Origin: Neocallimastix sp. 'constans'
Taxonomy: Eukaryota
Assembly (NCBI GenBank): GCA_050613775.1
Contig: JBODTK010000155.1
Coordinates: 186,001-250,000 of the forward strand
Reading direction: 5' to 3'
Length of the DNA stretch: 64,000 bases
Shown: positions 1 through 13,910 of the stretch, piece by piece
Layout of the letters: each line of letters starts with the position of its first letter
How positions within the stretch are numbered: position 1 is the stretch's first letter
The notes under the pieces: generated by a model
Database searches by the model: none
What the model saw: the letters and a program-made list of their open reading frames with translations, nothing else
Told to the model about the DNA's origin: nothing
Program-made: the position numbers and the translations under genes

Positions 1-1
1 A

Positions 2-2153
2 AAAGTACAGACAGATATAAATAATGAAAACCAAATAAAATCAAATAAAAATATTTCAAATAAAGAAAATATAGAAAAGAATGAAGAAATTATAAATAAT
101 GAATCAAAAACAGATGTAATAATTAAAAAAAAGATAATTACAGAAGATGAAAAGGATCACACATCAAATAAACAGGAAAATATCATTTCTACAGTAAAGA
201 AAGAAGAAAATATAATAGAGAAAAAAATAGACAAGATATTAAAAAAAGATGACAAAACTCAAGAAACAAAAGAGCAAATAACTGAAGCGAAAACTGAAAA
301 ATTAATTAAAAATAATAAACAAACTAAAGAAATAAAAGAACAAATAATAGAAAAGAAATCAGAAGAAAATGTTAAAAATATTGAACAAACTAAAAAAATG
401 AAAGAACAAATAGTAGAAAAAAAATCAGAAGAAATTGTTAAAAATATTAATGAAAATACTGAAGAGAAAAAAGAAAAAATAATAGAAAAGAAGTCTGCTG
501 AAAAAAATTCAATTGACAATAAAGAATCTGAAAAAAAGGAAAAAGAAATTAAAATAATACCCAAAGTTGAACAAAGTAATAATTACAGTGATAATAAAAA
601 AAAAGAGAAAGAATCAAACTCCACACTTCAAAGTAATTTTACATAAATAAAAAATATATTAATAACAAAATTTAAATTAAATATAAAAATTATAAAATTA
701 ATTGTATATTAACTAATATATAATTTTTTATTTAATATTTAAATGCAATAGTTGTTGGAAAGTCACACAAAGAGAGTGAACATAATAATATTTCTCCAAT
801 AGAAAAAAAATCTAAAAAAAGAACATGTAATTATAATATAAATTATTTATTATATAATATTAATTTTAATTTAGATAATTATAACAATGAAGAAGTGAAT
901 ACTTCATTAAAAATAGTAAAATATATACATAAAATCACAAAATAATATAATAATAATAAAAATAATAAATTAAATGAATAATAAAATAGTAGATTCAGAA
1001 GAAAATATTGATGATCCATCGAAAAGAAAAAAAGTTAATGAAATTGAGAATGGAAAAGACCAAAAACCTAAAGATACTATTTTAATTAATAATTTCGTTA
1101 GACCCTTAGTGACTAGATCAGTAAAAGAATTAGTCGGAAAATATGGTGATGTAAAAAATTTTTGGATGGATTCTATTAAAACGCATGCTTTTGTTACTGT
1201 ATGTTTATATGTTTATATATTTATTATTTATTTACTAAAAAATTTATTTTCTTAATTATTTGTATTATTAAATTAAATATTAATAATATTAAAATTTGCT
1301 TTTATTATTAAAGTATGCCACCGTTGAATCAGCCGAAGCTGCATTTAAAGGTATTAATGGTATCAAATTCCCGGAGGAAACAGGAAGAATATTATCTGTT
1401 GAATATATAAGTGAAGAAGAATCCAAAGAAAGAATAAAAAAAGAAGATGAAAAAAAATCTGGTATAGTAATATCTGGTGTTGGAAATACATCTCATCGTG
1501 GTAGATTTGATTCTTTATTTTCTTCATCCTCAGCTGCCGCCAGAATTGGATTATCCATTAATAGTAGAAGATTAAGTCAAACCAGTAGAAAATCAGAAAA
1601 TTCACCATTTTCGGGTTCTCCAACCACTGCAACTTCCATTATATCTCCTTCTTCAATAGCAAGAGCAGCCTCTCATTCCATAAAAATTATTGGAAAAACT
1701 AAAGAAAATTCAGAATCTTTAACTAATTCTTCATCTCCAATACAAGAAACCTTTGTTGTATTTGATATAAAAAAATCTGTTAAGTCGAAAGTTTCTTCTC
1801 GTTCTAAACGTACAAAAGAATCATCGTCCGAAGTATCCTTTTTACATGGTAACAGTAATGATAATCGTTCTAAAGATAAAGAAAATAATAAAATAGAGGA
1901 TTCTAATTCAAAATCAAAATTAAGCAGTAAAGGAGAAGAAAAAAGTAAAAAATCAATGGATGATCTATTTAAGAAAACAAAAGCCACACCAGTGATTTAT
2001 TATAGACCTTTAACTGAAGAAGAAGTAAAAAAGAAAGAACAAAAAGAAAAAGAAGAAAGAATAAGAGCAAGAGAAAGATTAAAAGAAAGAGATGAAAGGG
2101 AAAGGTTAAAAGAAAAAGAAGAACGAGAAAATAAAAGAAGTAGACGTTATTAA
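2..2153 (+). CDS. Acinus-like protein (ASAP/EJC-associated splicing factor; RRM + RSB motif), 5' end outside window. Predicted exons <2-632, 752-826, 990(or 993)-1198, 1314-2153
   Basis: Spliced translation gives an RRM (TILINNFVRPLVTRSVKELVGKYGDVKNFWMDSIKTHAFVT|YATVESAEAAFKGINGIKFPEETGRILSVEYI). It is followed by MDDLFKKTKATPVIYYRPLTEEE, matching the Acinus RNPS1-SAP18-binding motif, and an R/E-rich tail. GT..AG introns keep the frame. Confidence 0.85.
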
Positions 2154-2271
2154 GAAAATTTTTTATTTTTCTTTTTTATTTTATTTTATTATATATATAC
2201 TTTATTAATTTATTATTAATAATAATATTATGATTCAATTTTTTTTCAATATTAATTTAAATTTATAATAT

Positions 2272-2304
<33 letters not shown>

Positions 2305-2427
2305 ATTTATTTATTACTTTATTTATTTATTTTTCATTTTTATTTTATAATATTTTTAAATATTTAATATTTTAATATTTTAATTTATAATATAAAATTA
2401 TTTCAATTATTTATTTTATTTTATTAT

Positions 2428-2463
<36 letters not shown>

Positions 2464-2974
2464 GGTATAATGACAATTAGTATTTTTCTATACTACTCAA
2501 AAAAAATTTTTTTTTTCTATTTTTTTTTTTTTTTTTCTTTTTTTATTTATATAATGTAAAAAGTATAAATATATATTATTTAAAAATAAAATAAAAAAAT
2601 TAAAATAAAATTAATAAATATAATAAATAAAAATAAAGTAAAAAATATAATATATATTACGCTAAAAAATATTATAAAATAAAAACTTTTTTTTTTATAT
2701 TTTAATTTTTTTTTTAAAGGATTTTATTACATTTTATTATAATTTATATTTATATATATTAATAACAAATACATTTAATATAATTAATTTAATTATACTA
2801 TTATTAATATAATTGTTTTAGTTTAAAAATTATATATATATATTTACTTTAAAAAAGACTATATTAATTCAAAATATAAATATATAAATTTGGTATCATT
2901 TTCTTTAATAGCTATTATTATATATTAATTTTGGTCTCAATTTAAATTTCCCGGTTTATCTTTTTTTCTTTTTT

Positions 2975-3025
<51 letters not shown>

Positions 3026-3125
3026 CCAATTGTAAAAGAATGAATCAAAAATAAATAGTAAAAAAATTAAATAGTAAATAAATAAATAATAAATAAATAA
3101 ATATATATATATAATATAAAATAAC

Positions 3126-3398
3126 CTATGTAGCTAATATTGGCTTAATATCTTTAATATCACTCCTATCATACATATACTCATTTTTTATAACAACTTT
3201 TTTCACATTATTATTTTCTTTAACATCAATATTAAACAATTTTATATTTTCTTTCTTTCTTTGTTCTTCAATTAATCTAACTTTTTCAACTGCTTCACGA
3301 CCAATTTCCATCATATTTTGCCCAGAACATTTATAGAAGAAATCAGGATCTTTTTATATTTGAATTCATATAATAATAATATAAAAGTAATAATAATT

Positions 3399-3457
<59 letters not shown>

Positions 3458-6419
3458 GTTTTGATTAATAAAAATAGCTAGTATACAATATTTATAATAA
3501 ATAATACTATTTTCTATTATATTTTTTTTATAGTTTTATTAATAAAATTAAATATATATATAATATTAAATATTTACCCAAAGCTTTTTTATGTGTCAAT
3601 GCATAATTAACATGTCCAGGATTAATTCTTTCTTCATTTTTATATTTATTTAATAATTGTTTACGATTTCTTGTTGGAAACATAATAGCTAACATACTGA
3701 AATTGGTTCCAAATATTGACAAACACTATATTATAATTATTTTTTTTATAACATAGGTTTAAAAACGTAAATAAAATGACATTTAAAAATATTATTTAAA
3801 ATAAAACAATTATATGTTATATATATCATATTTCATGTTTATTCATGTTTATTCATGTATATAATTAAATATATATATAATATTTACCTTGTAAAATAAT
3901 TCTGTCTCATCTTTTGTCCATTTCAATGGCTTTAATTTTGGTTTAAAACTAGCACTTGTGATATGATTACTATCATCATATTTTAGCATAGGTAATGCTT
4001 CATCGGTTGTATCAATATGATCAATCATAGTAGATTGTTGATCAATAACAATTTCACCATTAACAACACGCATTTGAATGGCTGTTTTGTTTTTATTTGG
4101 ATCATAGACTTTTGGTTTTTTCTCTTGTGAATCATTTACATGTTTTTGAGGTACGGTAGTAGTAGTTATTTCTGGAGTTGTTAATATACCTCTCTTTTTA
4201 TTAAGTGTAGCTTTTCTTTTAAGAGCCGCTAAACGATATACTTCCTTTTGAGTAGTACTGATTTCTGTTCCATGGTAATTATCAATAATATCAGCTATAG
4301 TACGAGATGAAATATCATTTGGTTCATGTTCTTTTTCATTAATACTGGAAGTGTTTTCTTCAAGAGGATAAATCTTCTTCTTTTTAGAAACTATTTTTGA
4401 TGGAGAAATACTCTTTCTTTTTTTAGAAGTTTTACTATTTAAGGTTGAATCTATTTTCATTTCATTATCTTCAAAATGATTTCCCTCACTCTCAGAAGAT
4501 GTAGAATTATCATTTGTTATTTTTGATGATTTAGATAATTTTGAAGATTTCTGGATTTTACTAAAAGTTTTAGACATTTTAAATTTTGTTGATTTTGACT
4601 TTTTACTTTTCTTCTCTTCTTCATAATTATGACAATTTTGTTCATAATTTTCATTTTTCTCAGCATTTCTTTGGACATTATCATCATTTTCAATATTAGT
4701 ATCTTCATTTTCTTCTCCTTGAGCTCTATTATTATTTCCATTTTTAGTAGTTCTTATACATGACGCTTTTCTTATAAGACTCGGTTGTTCTTGCTCTTGA
4801 TTTTGTTCGTTTTGAACAATTACTTTTTTTCTAGTTAATCTTTCATATGGTGCTCTTACTATTACTTCTTGAGAACTTTTATTAATTCTTTGTTCTATTA
4901 TTTCATCAACTTCTTGCTTAATTTTTACAGGTAACTCATCCCCTTTTCCTTTTAATATAATACTTTTAGTGACTGTCTTAACTTTTTCACTACAATTAAC
5001 ATCTTTTTCCTCTTCATCATCAGAAATTATAATTATTTCAATTTGCTTTTTTGGTGTTAAATATATTCTATCACTTGGCTTTTTTAACGGATTTCCATCT
5101 TTTCTTTTTGGTGTTGATTTTTTTTGAATAATATCTTCAATTTCAGTATCATTATTATTTATTGGTTGATCATATATTGTTGTATCAATACTTTGATTGA
5201 ATTCTTCTTTATTCAATATATCATATATAGAATCCACTAATTCGTTTTTTCTTGTTGGATCAACACTTTCATTAGCATTATTATTTTCATTGACACTTGT
5301 TTTTTTTTTTATCGATGATATAGTACATACACCTTTTAAAGTTTCATCAACTACTTCTTGTTTTTTTAGTACTTCTTTTTCATTTTTTATAATTTCCTCA
5401 TCGCTTGTTTCTAATATTCTTTCACTATTATCAATAATTAATGTTTCTTCTGATGTTTCATTTGATGGCTTGTTTTCTAATTTATCTAAATCAATATTCA
5501 TAATTTCAATATCATCTATTAAAGTTATATCTTCATTATCTTGAAATTTCTCCGAAACTATTTCTTTCATAGAATAATTAATTTCTTCTTCATTACTACT
5601 ATCCTCTATACTATCTTGAATTTCTCTTGTTTTTATATAATCATCAGACATTTCACTTATACTGTCATCATCAATCTCTATCATTTTTTGTTTCTTTTTC
5701 AATTTGGTTACTTTTTTGCTTTTTCTAGGTACTTTTTGTTCCAATATTTTACTTTTTACAATTTGACTCTGTAGTTTACTTATTGCTACTGGTTTCTTTA
5801 TATTCTTTTCATTTTTATTTTCATTCTTATTTATTTTTGTTTTTTCATTACTTTGTACTATACTTATTGCATTCTTATGTAATGAGGATTTTATTGAGGT
5901 GATTAAAGTTTCGTTATTATACGATACTTTTTTATTCAGCATTTTTACTTGAGATTTTTTTTCTTTTATTGATGGTTTTATTATTAAAACGTTATTTTCT
6001 ATATGGTTTGGTATGTCATTTTTACTATTGATAGTATTAACAGTTATACTCTTTTTAATATTTTCTGCTGATTTATCAATTTTTATATTTTCATTATATT
6101 TTAATTTACTTTCAACATTTCTAATATCTAATCTCAAACTTTTAACTTCTTGAGCTCTATTATTTGACTTCTCTTTTGATACATTTTTTTTTACAACCTT
6201 TTTATGAATATTTTCTGATATTGTTCCTTTTTTTGTCTTTTTATTCTTATCTTTCTTTCCAACTTTTGGAGTAAATTTCATAGAGCCCTTAACTTTATTA
6301 ATAAATAAAAATTAAAGAATTTGATTATTAAAAATCTTTCTTAGTATTTTTATTCTTAGTTTTTAATATTAAAATATATACTTACGAACTCTTGAAGAGG
6401 TTAAATCAAGTCTATCCAT
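3126..6419 (-). CDS. BDP1: TFIIIB B'' subunit (Bdp1), SANT/Myb domain. Exons 6419-6386, 6292-3888, 3725-3578, 3349-3126
   Basis: The N-terminus reads MDRLDLTSSRVLKGSMKFTPKV. It contains the Bdp1-type QMRVVNGEIVIDQQS segment and ITSASF..KWTKDETELFYK|CLSIFGTNFSMLAIMFPTRNRKQLLNKYKNEERINP (SANT). Three in-phase GT-AG introns. Confidence 0.88.
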
Positions 6420-8068
6420 ATTATTTTAATTTAATTACTTATTATCCTTCCTATTCAATATTTTTTAAATTATTTATAAAAAATTAATAATACTTTTAGT
6501 TATATTATTACTCTTTATATTACAAAAAATATTATATAAATATAAATTATAAGAATAAATAAATATTAACATAAATACATTTATTTATATTTTTTTTTTA
6601 AACTTAAAAAATTACTTTTTATTGATAATATTTTTATTTTTATTCAATATAAAAAGTATATTTGCATATTAATATTTTTTGAATAATTATTGCAAGTAGT
6701 TTTTTCTTTTTTTTTTGTTTAGTTTTGTTTTTGTTTTGTTAACCATTTATGAATTACCCTTTTCAATTTATATATATTTTTTTTATATAAAAATTATTCT
6801 TATGTATCGATAAATATTTTTTCTAATTATTATACATACTTTATCTTCTATATTGATTTTAAAATATTAATAATATTCATCGAAAAACTACTTTTTAATA
6901 CAATAAAATATTATTTTTTTATATAAAAAGAAATATGTATATATGAAATTTATTTTTATTTTTTATTTATATTTATGTTTTTATTTTTGTATTTTATTCT
7001 TTTATTTTATTTTATTTTATTTTTTTTTTAATTATTTTTATTAAAAATTCTATTAGCATATTTTCATGATTAGAATTTATCATTTATTTTATTTTAATTA
7101 ATGTTTATATGTAGTTTTAAATAAAAAAAATTAATATTATTTTAAAATTATAAGACATTTACTTTGCTTAAGCATTTAATAATTTATTAAGAGTTAAGAT
7201 ATAAAAAATCAATTTTTAAAAATAAAGAATAAATTTCTATATAATATTATAAGAAGAAAATCTAATTTTTTTATTTAAATAATAATTTAATAATTAAAAT
7301 GTTTTAAAATAATTACTAAAAATCTATTAAATTTATAAGTCTATTAATAATTATTTAAAGAACAAAATAAAAAATTTAACATTAACAATTAAGTTGTATT
7401 ATTTTATTTTTCTTTTAAAAAGTTTCAAAAAAATAATAAAAAAACTATATAGGACAAAATAATAGATATTAAAAAGAAAGTTTGTATAATTAATTAAATG
7501 ATTAATTTATTCCATATATTACCTCCATTTATTGTAATATATTTAATATTAATTTATATTATTATAATAAAAATTAGAAGTTAATAAAATTAGTTAATAT
7601 ATATAACTTAATCATAATTCATTTAATTTAAAAATTATATAGTAATATATTGATTCCAATTTATTATATATATATGGTCCACTTAAATGAATCTATTAAA
7701 AAATATAATAAGATTTTAATTATATAAAATATATAATTAAATAGTAAAAAGAAATTTTACGATTTTAATATTAGTTTTTTAAAATAAATATACTAGAAAA
7801 AACAATATTTTAATTGTTTTTGTTATTATTAAATAATGAAAATTAATAAAAAAGAAACTAATTATTTTATATTGATATTTAATTTTTATAATCTAATCAA
7901 TATTATTTTAAATGTTTGTTGTTATTACTTAAAAAGTAGAAAATTTTATATTTTTTAATTTAAAGTATGAAAATTTTTTTAAATAAAATAATAATTTTAT
8001 CATTTAAAAAAATATAAATATTAATAAAAAATAAATATTTAATTTTATGAAAAATTACAACTTAAAAA

Positions 8069-8099
<31 letters not shown>

Positions 8100-8184
8100 C
8101 ATTATTATTTAAAATATAACAAAAAAAAAGGATATAATATACTATATGTAAAAAATACATAATATAATAAAAAAAAAAAAAAAA

Positions 8185-8400
8185 AGTAAAGCTACAATAA
8201 GCTCAATGGTAATATACAATTCAATAATTGTTTATAGATACAATTCATATATAAAGTGATATACGAAATTGCTGTGAATTTTGTAAAAAAAAAAATTACA
8301 TAACTAGATTTTGCATATTAACAAAATAAATTTCTCAAAGAAAAATATTTATATTAAAGCTTCTAAAGGCCATCCATCAAATAAAAAAATTTTTTGTAAA
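8185..8400 (+). mobile_element. Heavily decayed Ty1/copia reverse-transcriptase fragment
   Basis: Residual KENIYIKASKGHP resembles the copia RT E(E/D)IYM..PEG motif; many stops and frameshifts. Confidence 0.35.
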
Positions 8401-8750
8401 ATTTCAAGTATATAAAAACAATATTATATAAAGAACATTACTTTGGCTATCCTATAAATGATATAAAAATGATATGATTTTTCATATAAAAAGTTGTAAA
8501 TTTTTAATTATCATGCTATAGATATATTTTATAAAATGATATTAGTATAAATAAATAATGATAAGAAAGAGGAAATATATTAATAGTAATATAAAGAAAG
8601 ATAACTAATTATTTATTGATATATATTAAATATGATTTATATTAGTTTTTAATTATTACTTTTAAAAGTAATTAATTGAAAATAATAATTTCAATATGGA
8701 ATTTAAAACAGTATTTATATATTTAATAAAATCGTATTGAAAAAAAAATC

Positions 8751-8781
<31 letters not shown>

Positions 8782-9189
8782 ACTTAAATGAAAGGAAATA
8801 AATACCACTTTGAATATTAATAAAGGAATTATAAATAATATAAATGAATAATACCTTTTTTTCATTTTGCATGAAAAAAGTTATATTTAAATTATTAATA
8901 ACACTTTATTAAAAAGAGAATATAACAAGTATAAAATAATTTTTAGATATTTTAATTTTATATTACAATATCTAAATAAAATATTTGGCTTTACATTTAT
9001 CCTAAAATAAAATTTTTGTTTTTTAAAAAAGAATGATAAAAATAAAATTAGAAAAAATTTATATTTTTTTTTAACATTATTTTAAATTTTTTTTAAATTT
9101 AAAAAAAAATTTTATTGGTTTATCTTTATTATAATTTAAAAAAAAAAAAAGTTTATTTTATATTTATTTAAATTATATATATTATTAGA

Positions 9190-9646
9190 AAAGATACTGA
9201 GAGGGTTGCGTTAGTACTATATATTTAAAAGGGAATTACTAGCATTTGGGCACATGATTTCATGTGTCCATGTTGATATATATTCTACTAAGTTGTAATC
9301 TTTCTGACATCTATGAATTTGCCATGGGACCTAGTACCAATTTCCATGGGTTAAGTTATACTGGTCTCATTTCTAAGGGAAGTTTCGAACTGGACACTCC
9401 GAGAAATAGTAAATTCTCAGCAATTATATGCATGTCTGAGCACCAATGCTGAACACTCAGTAAGGCTGTCCAGGAAAGACAATATCAGCTTATATGGAAG
9501 TGTGTGACTATCTCAATATTCCTATTGTTCCTGAGGGGCGGCTGAAACCAAGGACGGTACATATCGAAAATAAAAATAAATAAAAATAAATAAAATAAAA
9601 TAAAATAAAAAAATAAAATAAAATAAAAAAATAAAAATAATAAAAT
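9190..9646 (+). other. GC-enriched structured island ending in a (TAAAA)n tail: SINE/LINE 3' end or ncRNA candidate
   Basis: Clearly higher GC than flanks. Hairpins at 9241-9274 and 9312-9360, and CTGGACA (9390)/TGTCCAG (9467) enclosing two further stems. Abrupt switch to an A-rich tail at about 9569. Confidence 0.45.
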
Positions 9647-10599
9647 TCAATGTTACTTTTATATTTGTTAAATTATCATTAATATAATTTATATTCTTTA
9701 AAAAAAAATATTTAATAATTTTTTTATTTTATTTTATTTTATGTTATTTATTTATTTTTTTTTTTTTTTTTTTTTTTTTAGTAATTGAAAATTGTTTAAT
9801 TATTTCTGTTTAAATAAAAGTTTAAAAAATATCGAATTTCTATATATAAAAAAAAAAAAAAAAGCATTCTTTAATTTATTTTTTATTTTAACTAATAATA
9901 TTGTAATTTATTTAATTAATTTTATATGATATTATTAATTCTAATAAAGTAATTATAAAAATAATAAAATAATAATATTTTTAATTAAAATATATATTAT
10001 ATGCATATTAATATAAACTAATAATATATAATATTAATCATTAATAATTTTCATTATTTTACTTTTTTATTAGGATAAATTTTTAAAAGTATTATATTTC
10101 TTTGTATATTCATTTTATTTTAATTTTCTTCAAAATAATGAATGACATAATGAATCTTCTTTATATTATTAATGTTTATAATTTAAAAAAAATATTTAAG
10201 TAGTTACTAATGATGGAAAAAGCATTATTGAAAGATATTATATATATTCTTCTAATGATTAATAAAAAGAAAATATTACTCCTTTATGTTTCTCTTTAAA
10301 TGATTATTATATATATATGTATATTTTTTTTTTTCTTTTAAAAAAAATATAACTTATACTTTTTAAATGGAATTATTTTATATTATTATTTTTAATTTTA
10401 TCACATTTAATTTTTTATTATATTTTCAATAAATTCATCAGTTATTGTATTAATCAGTCATTATTTTGTCTTGGTTCATTGACTATTTTCCATGTGAAAG
10501 AGTATCGTCATTTTTGTAATTAACTTCACTGAAATTGACCGTTTGAGTATATTAATCCATAGCAATTTCAAAAAATATAATGAAATTCAGTATAACAAT

Positions 10600-11040
10600 T
10601 GTCTCTTTAGCTACAGTCATTAACAATGTATTTGGTTTTGAAAGTCAAAATATTTATAAAAAAGATAAATTGAGTACAATATTACTAGTCAGTTGTAGAG
10701 GCTGCTAATATATATAAAGAATGTATTAATATATCTAACAAAGGTGGAATTACTCATTTTTGTAAAATCTTTCATATGGACAAGTGTCACCAATCTTATA
10801 TTATCATTTTAGTAGTATAAAAGAATGTCAAAATGAAGATAAGAATATCTTAACCTATCGTAATATTGTAATATTAAAATTGTTTACGTCGACGTTAAAG
10901 TTGCCTATTATTGTACTGAAGATGAAAACAACAAGTATTATCCTTTAAGCATTCAAAAAGCAAAAATGAAAATATTTCTATATTTGAAAGAGAAAAAATT
11001 TACAAGTCTAGAAAGTATATTAACACATATTTAAATATTT
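10600..11040 (+). mobile_element. Decayed Ty1/copia RT fragment
   Basis: VYVDVKVAY (about 10882-10908) resembles the copia RT QxDVKxAY/FL motif; no intact ORF. Confidence 0.35.
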
Positions 11041-11539
11041 AAATTTCTATACTAAAATTAAAAAGAAATATTAACTTTAAAAATTTTTATTTTATTATAT
11101 TTAATTTAAATATTATTATAAATACTTTTTTTAGAACTAAAATTTTATATATCTTTTAATTTCATATTAAACATTATATTAATTAAAATATAAACAATAA
11201 TAATATAGTTTTATATATATACAAATTTATATATTCAAAAATTTATTTTAATTTTGTATTTTAATATTGTATTTTATTTATTGCTTTATATTTTAAAAAT
11301 AATTATACTTTTATTAACATTATTTTTAATATTATTCTTTTATTGGAATTTATAGTTGCACCAAAAAAACAGGAAATCTTAACTGTTTAATATGAGATCT
11401 GAAGCTCATCCATCATTTGGAAGAGATGTTTTCCTTCCTGAAAATAATCATAAATTTTTGATTATACTTCTACTTATATTTAGATTTAAAACTATATGAT
11501 CAAAAGAATAGTACTGATAATAATTTACAACATGATATT

Positions 11540-12583
11540 GATTATTGTATTGATCATTTAAGAGTAATAGTTGTATGGGCTCTTAAAAAATTAACAAACT
11601 ATATATTTATAAAGAATATGGTATAATTCATAATGAATATGATGTTAGATGAATTAAAATATGATACATAAAGGAACTCTAAAATAAATTTGATTTGAAT
11701 AGTTCTCCTTCTATAAGGAACTTAAGCTGGGTTTAAAAAAAAGGGGGGGTTTGAAGAAACAACTTACTGAAGAGAAGTTGGAAACTTACTATATTTTGTC
11801 ATCTACATGAGGCCTGAATTTTTGTTTTTGAAAACAAAGCTTGGAGAAAAAAACAAAAACCTAACTTATGAAGATTGGGAAAACATTAAAAGGATACTCA
11901 AATAAATACCTGAAAGGAACAGAAAATTATAACTTAAAATTCTCATTTTTAAACAAAGAAAGCTTAAAGGTCTATGGGAATGCTGATTATGTAGGTGACA
12001 CTGAAACGGGAGGGACTTCTTTTGGATATTTGATGATGATAGAGAATAGTCTAACTAATTGATACTCTAGTATACAAAAATGTGTAGCAACAGCAGAGTA
12101 TTATGGCATAAGTGATTGCGCGAAACACTGCTTATGATATTTATATTTTTTAATAGATTTGAATGTGAAAATCAACTATGTGACTATTAAAGTTGATAAT
12201 AAGGCCACTATATACATCTATCAGAATCAATCAATCAACTCCAGATCTAAACACATTGACATTAACTTCTACCATATAAGAAATTTTATAAAGGAAGGAA
12301 AAATTAAATCAACGTATATTAGATCCCAAAATAATTATATAGTTCTTTAATGGATGCCTTCTTCAGAAATTAACTTTTAACAAAAATGACAACTAACCTT
12401 AATAACAAATCCAACTATAAGGACATGAAGTTAGATTCGAGGATTAGTGTTAAATATAAAATCAAGTAACATAAGTACATAAATATTTATCATAACCAAT
12501 AAAATTGATTTTTATAAGAACGAAATATCCTATTATAAAAATTTTTACTCTTTATAAAAAATAAAACTAAAAACTATATAACA
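11540..12583 (+). mobile_element. Ty1/copia retrotransposon 3' part (RT-RNase H pseudogene, PPT and 3' LTR)
   Basis: Remnant motifs RREVGNLLYFVIYMRPE (copia YRSxVGSLLYLxxxTRPDI), YGNADYVGDTETGGTSFGY and IKVDNKATIY..NSRSKHIDINFYHIRNFIKEGKIK. Purine-rich GAGGATTAG precedes TGTTA at 12448, and TAACA closes at 12583 (putative 136-bp LTR). Confidence 0.85.
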
Positions 12584-13879
12584 TTAATTTAATTATATTT
12601 TTGTAATTAAGTGTCCATTTTGTGTTTTCTTATAATATTAAAAAATAGAATAGTAATTTTAATTCAAAATTTCAAAACTTTCTAATTCCATTGTTATTGT
12701 AATTATTATAATTATTATTATATTATTTTTTGATTATTTTGGTTTTATTTATATAATATATACTATATATAATTAAGTTCAATTTTATGATACAATTATA
12801 ATTTTAAATACATTTTATATTACATTTTTTTTTTTAGATGATACTATTAATAAAAAAATTATTTATATCACCAAATATAAATAATTGAATTAAAAAAAAA
12901 AAAAAAGAATATTTATAATTTATTAATATTTTTTAATAACTTTATGGATTATTTATATATTAAAATAAACTTATTTATTCATATTTTTTTAAAAAAAATT
13001 TTTTTGAAATGGTAAATCTTGTATTTTATAGGAAAGAAAAATAAAAATGTAACTCTTCCTTTTCTCGAAAATATTATGAATTTATATTTATATCCATATA
13101 GATATAAATGAATGCATTTAATAAACAATAATAAAGTATTTTTATATAAAGATATAAAGATATTTAATTAATAATTATATATAAATCTATGCAAAGATAT
13201 ATAATAATAAATATAAAATTTATTAATTTTGTAAAAAAGACCTAAAAAAAATTATTTATTAATATATATATTTAATTAATTTTTTTATTTAAATAAAATT
13301 AAAAAATTTTTTTTTTTTTTCTTTCCTTTTTAATTATAGAATGTATTATTTATTAAACTTTTTTCAATTATTATTATTAAACGATTTTTATATTATTAAG
13401 AACATTTATACCTTTGGTTTATTTAGTATTTTTAATTAAAATAAAAAAAGAAAAAAGAAAATAAGGAAAATAATTTTATAAAACATTAAACATTAAAATA
13501 TAATATTTTTTGTATATATTTAATAATAATAAAAAAATCTATTATTAATTATTAAAATTATTTATTTTATAAAAAGTATTAAAATTAACATTTTTATTTT
13601 ACTTTAAATAATTATTTTCTCTTTCTCTTTATAATATATATATATATATATATTATTGATATTGTATGATATTTATTTTTCATTTTTTTTTTTTATAAAT
13701 AAATGGTTTTCAATAATTAAAAATAATTTTCATAGCAATTTAATTTTAAAAAATTTATTATTATCGAAAAAAGAAGTTGAAAATAAAGAAATATATTATA
13801 TATAACATAAATATATATTATATATTACATACCATAAAATAAATCATTTTATATTGATATGTAAATTTTTATCTTTCTT

Positions 13880-13910
<31 letters not shown>

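Noticed and set aside
875..916. Possible extra mini-exon in the Acinus-like gene
   Set aside because: The available donors are out of phase with the next acceptor; direct 827-989 splicing keeps the frame.
259..5774. Antisense/alternate-frame ORFs over the Acinus-like and BDP1 genes (likewise over the Crz1-like and BDF1 genes)
   Set aside because: Shadows of low-complexity K/E/N/Q-rich coding sequence.
9264..9452. 62-aa ORF, and an RNase P RNA interpretation of the island
   Set aside because: The ORF starts at GTG and has no motif. GGGAAGTTTCG resembles CR-I, but I found no convincing CR-V partner for helix P4.
11355..11460. Short coding-like patch (MRSEAHPSFGRDVFLPENN)
   Set aside because: Too short, with no donor site or recognisable family.
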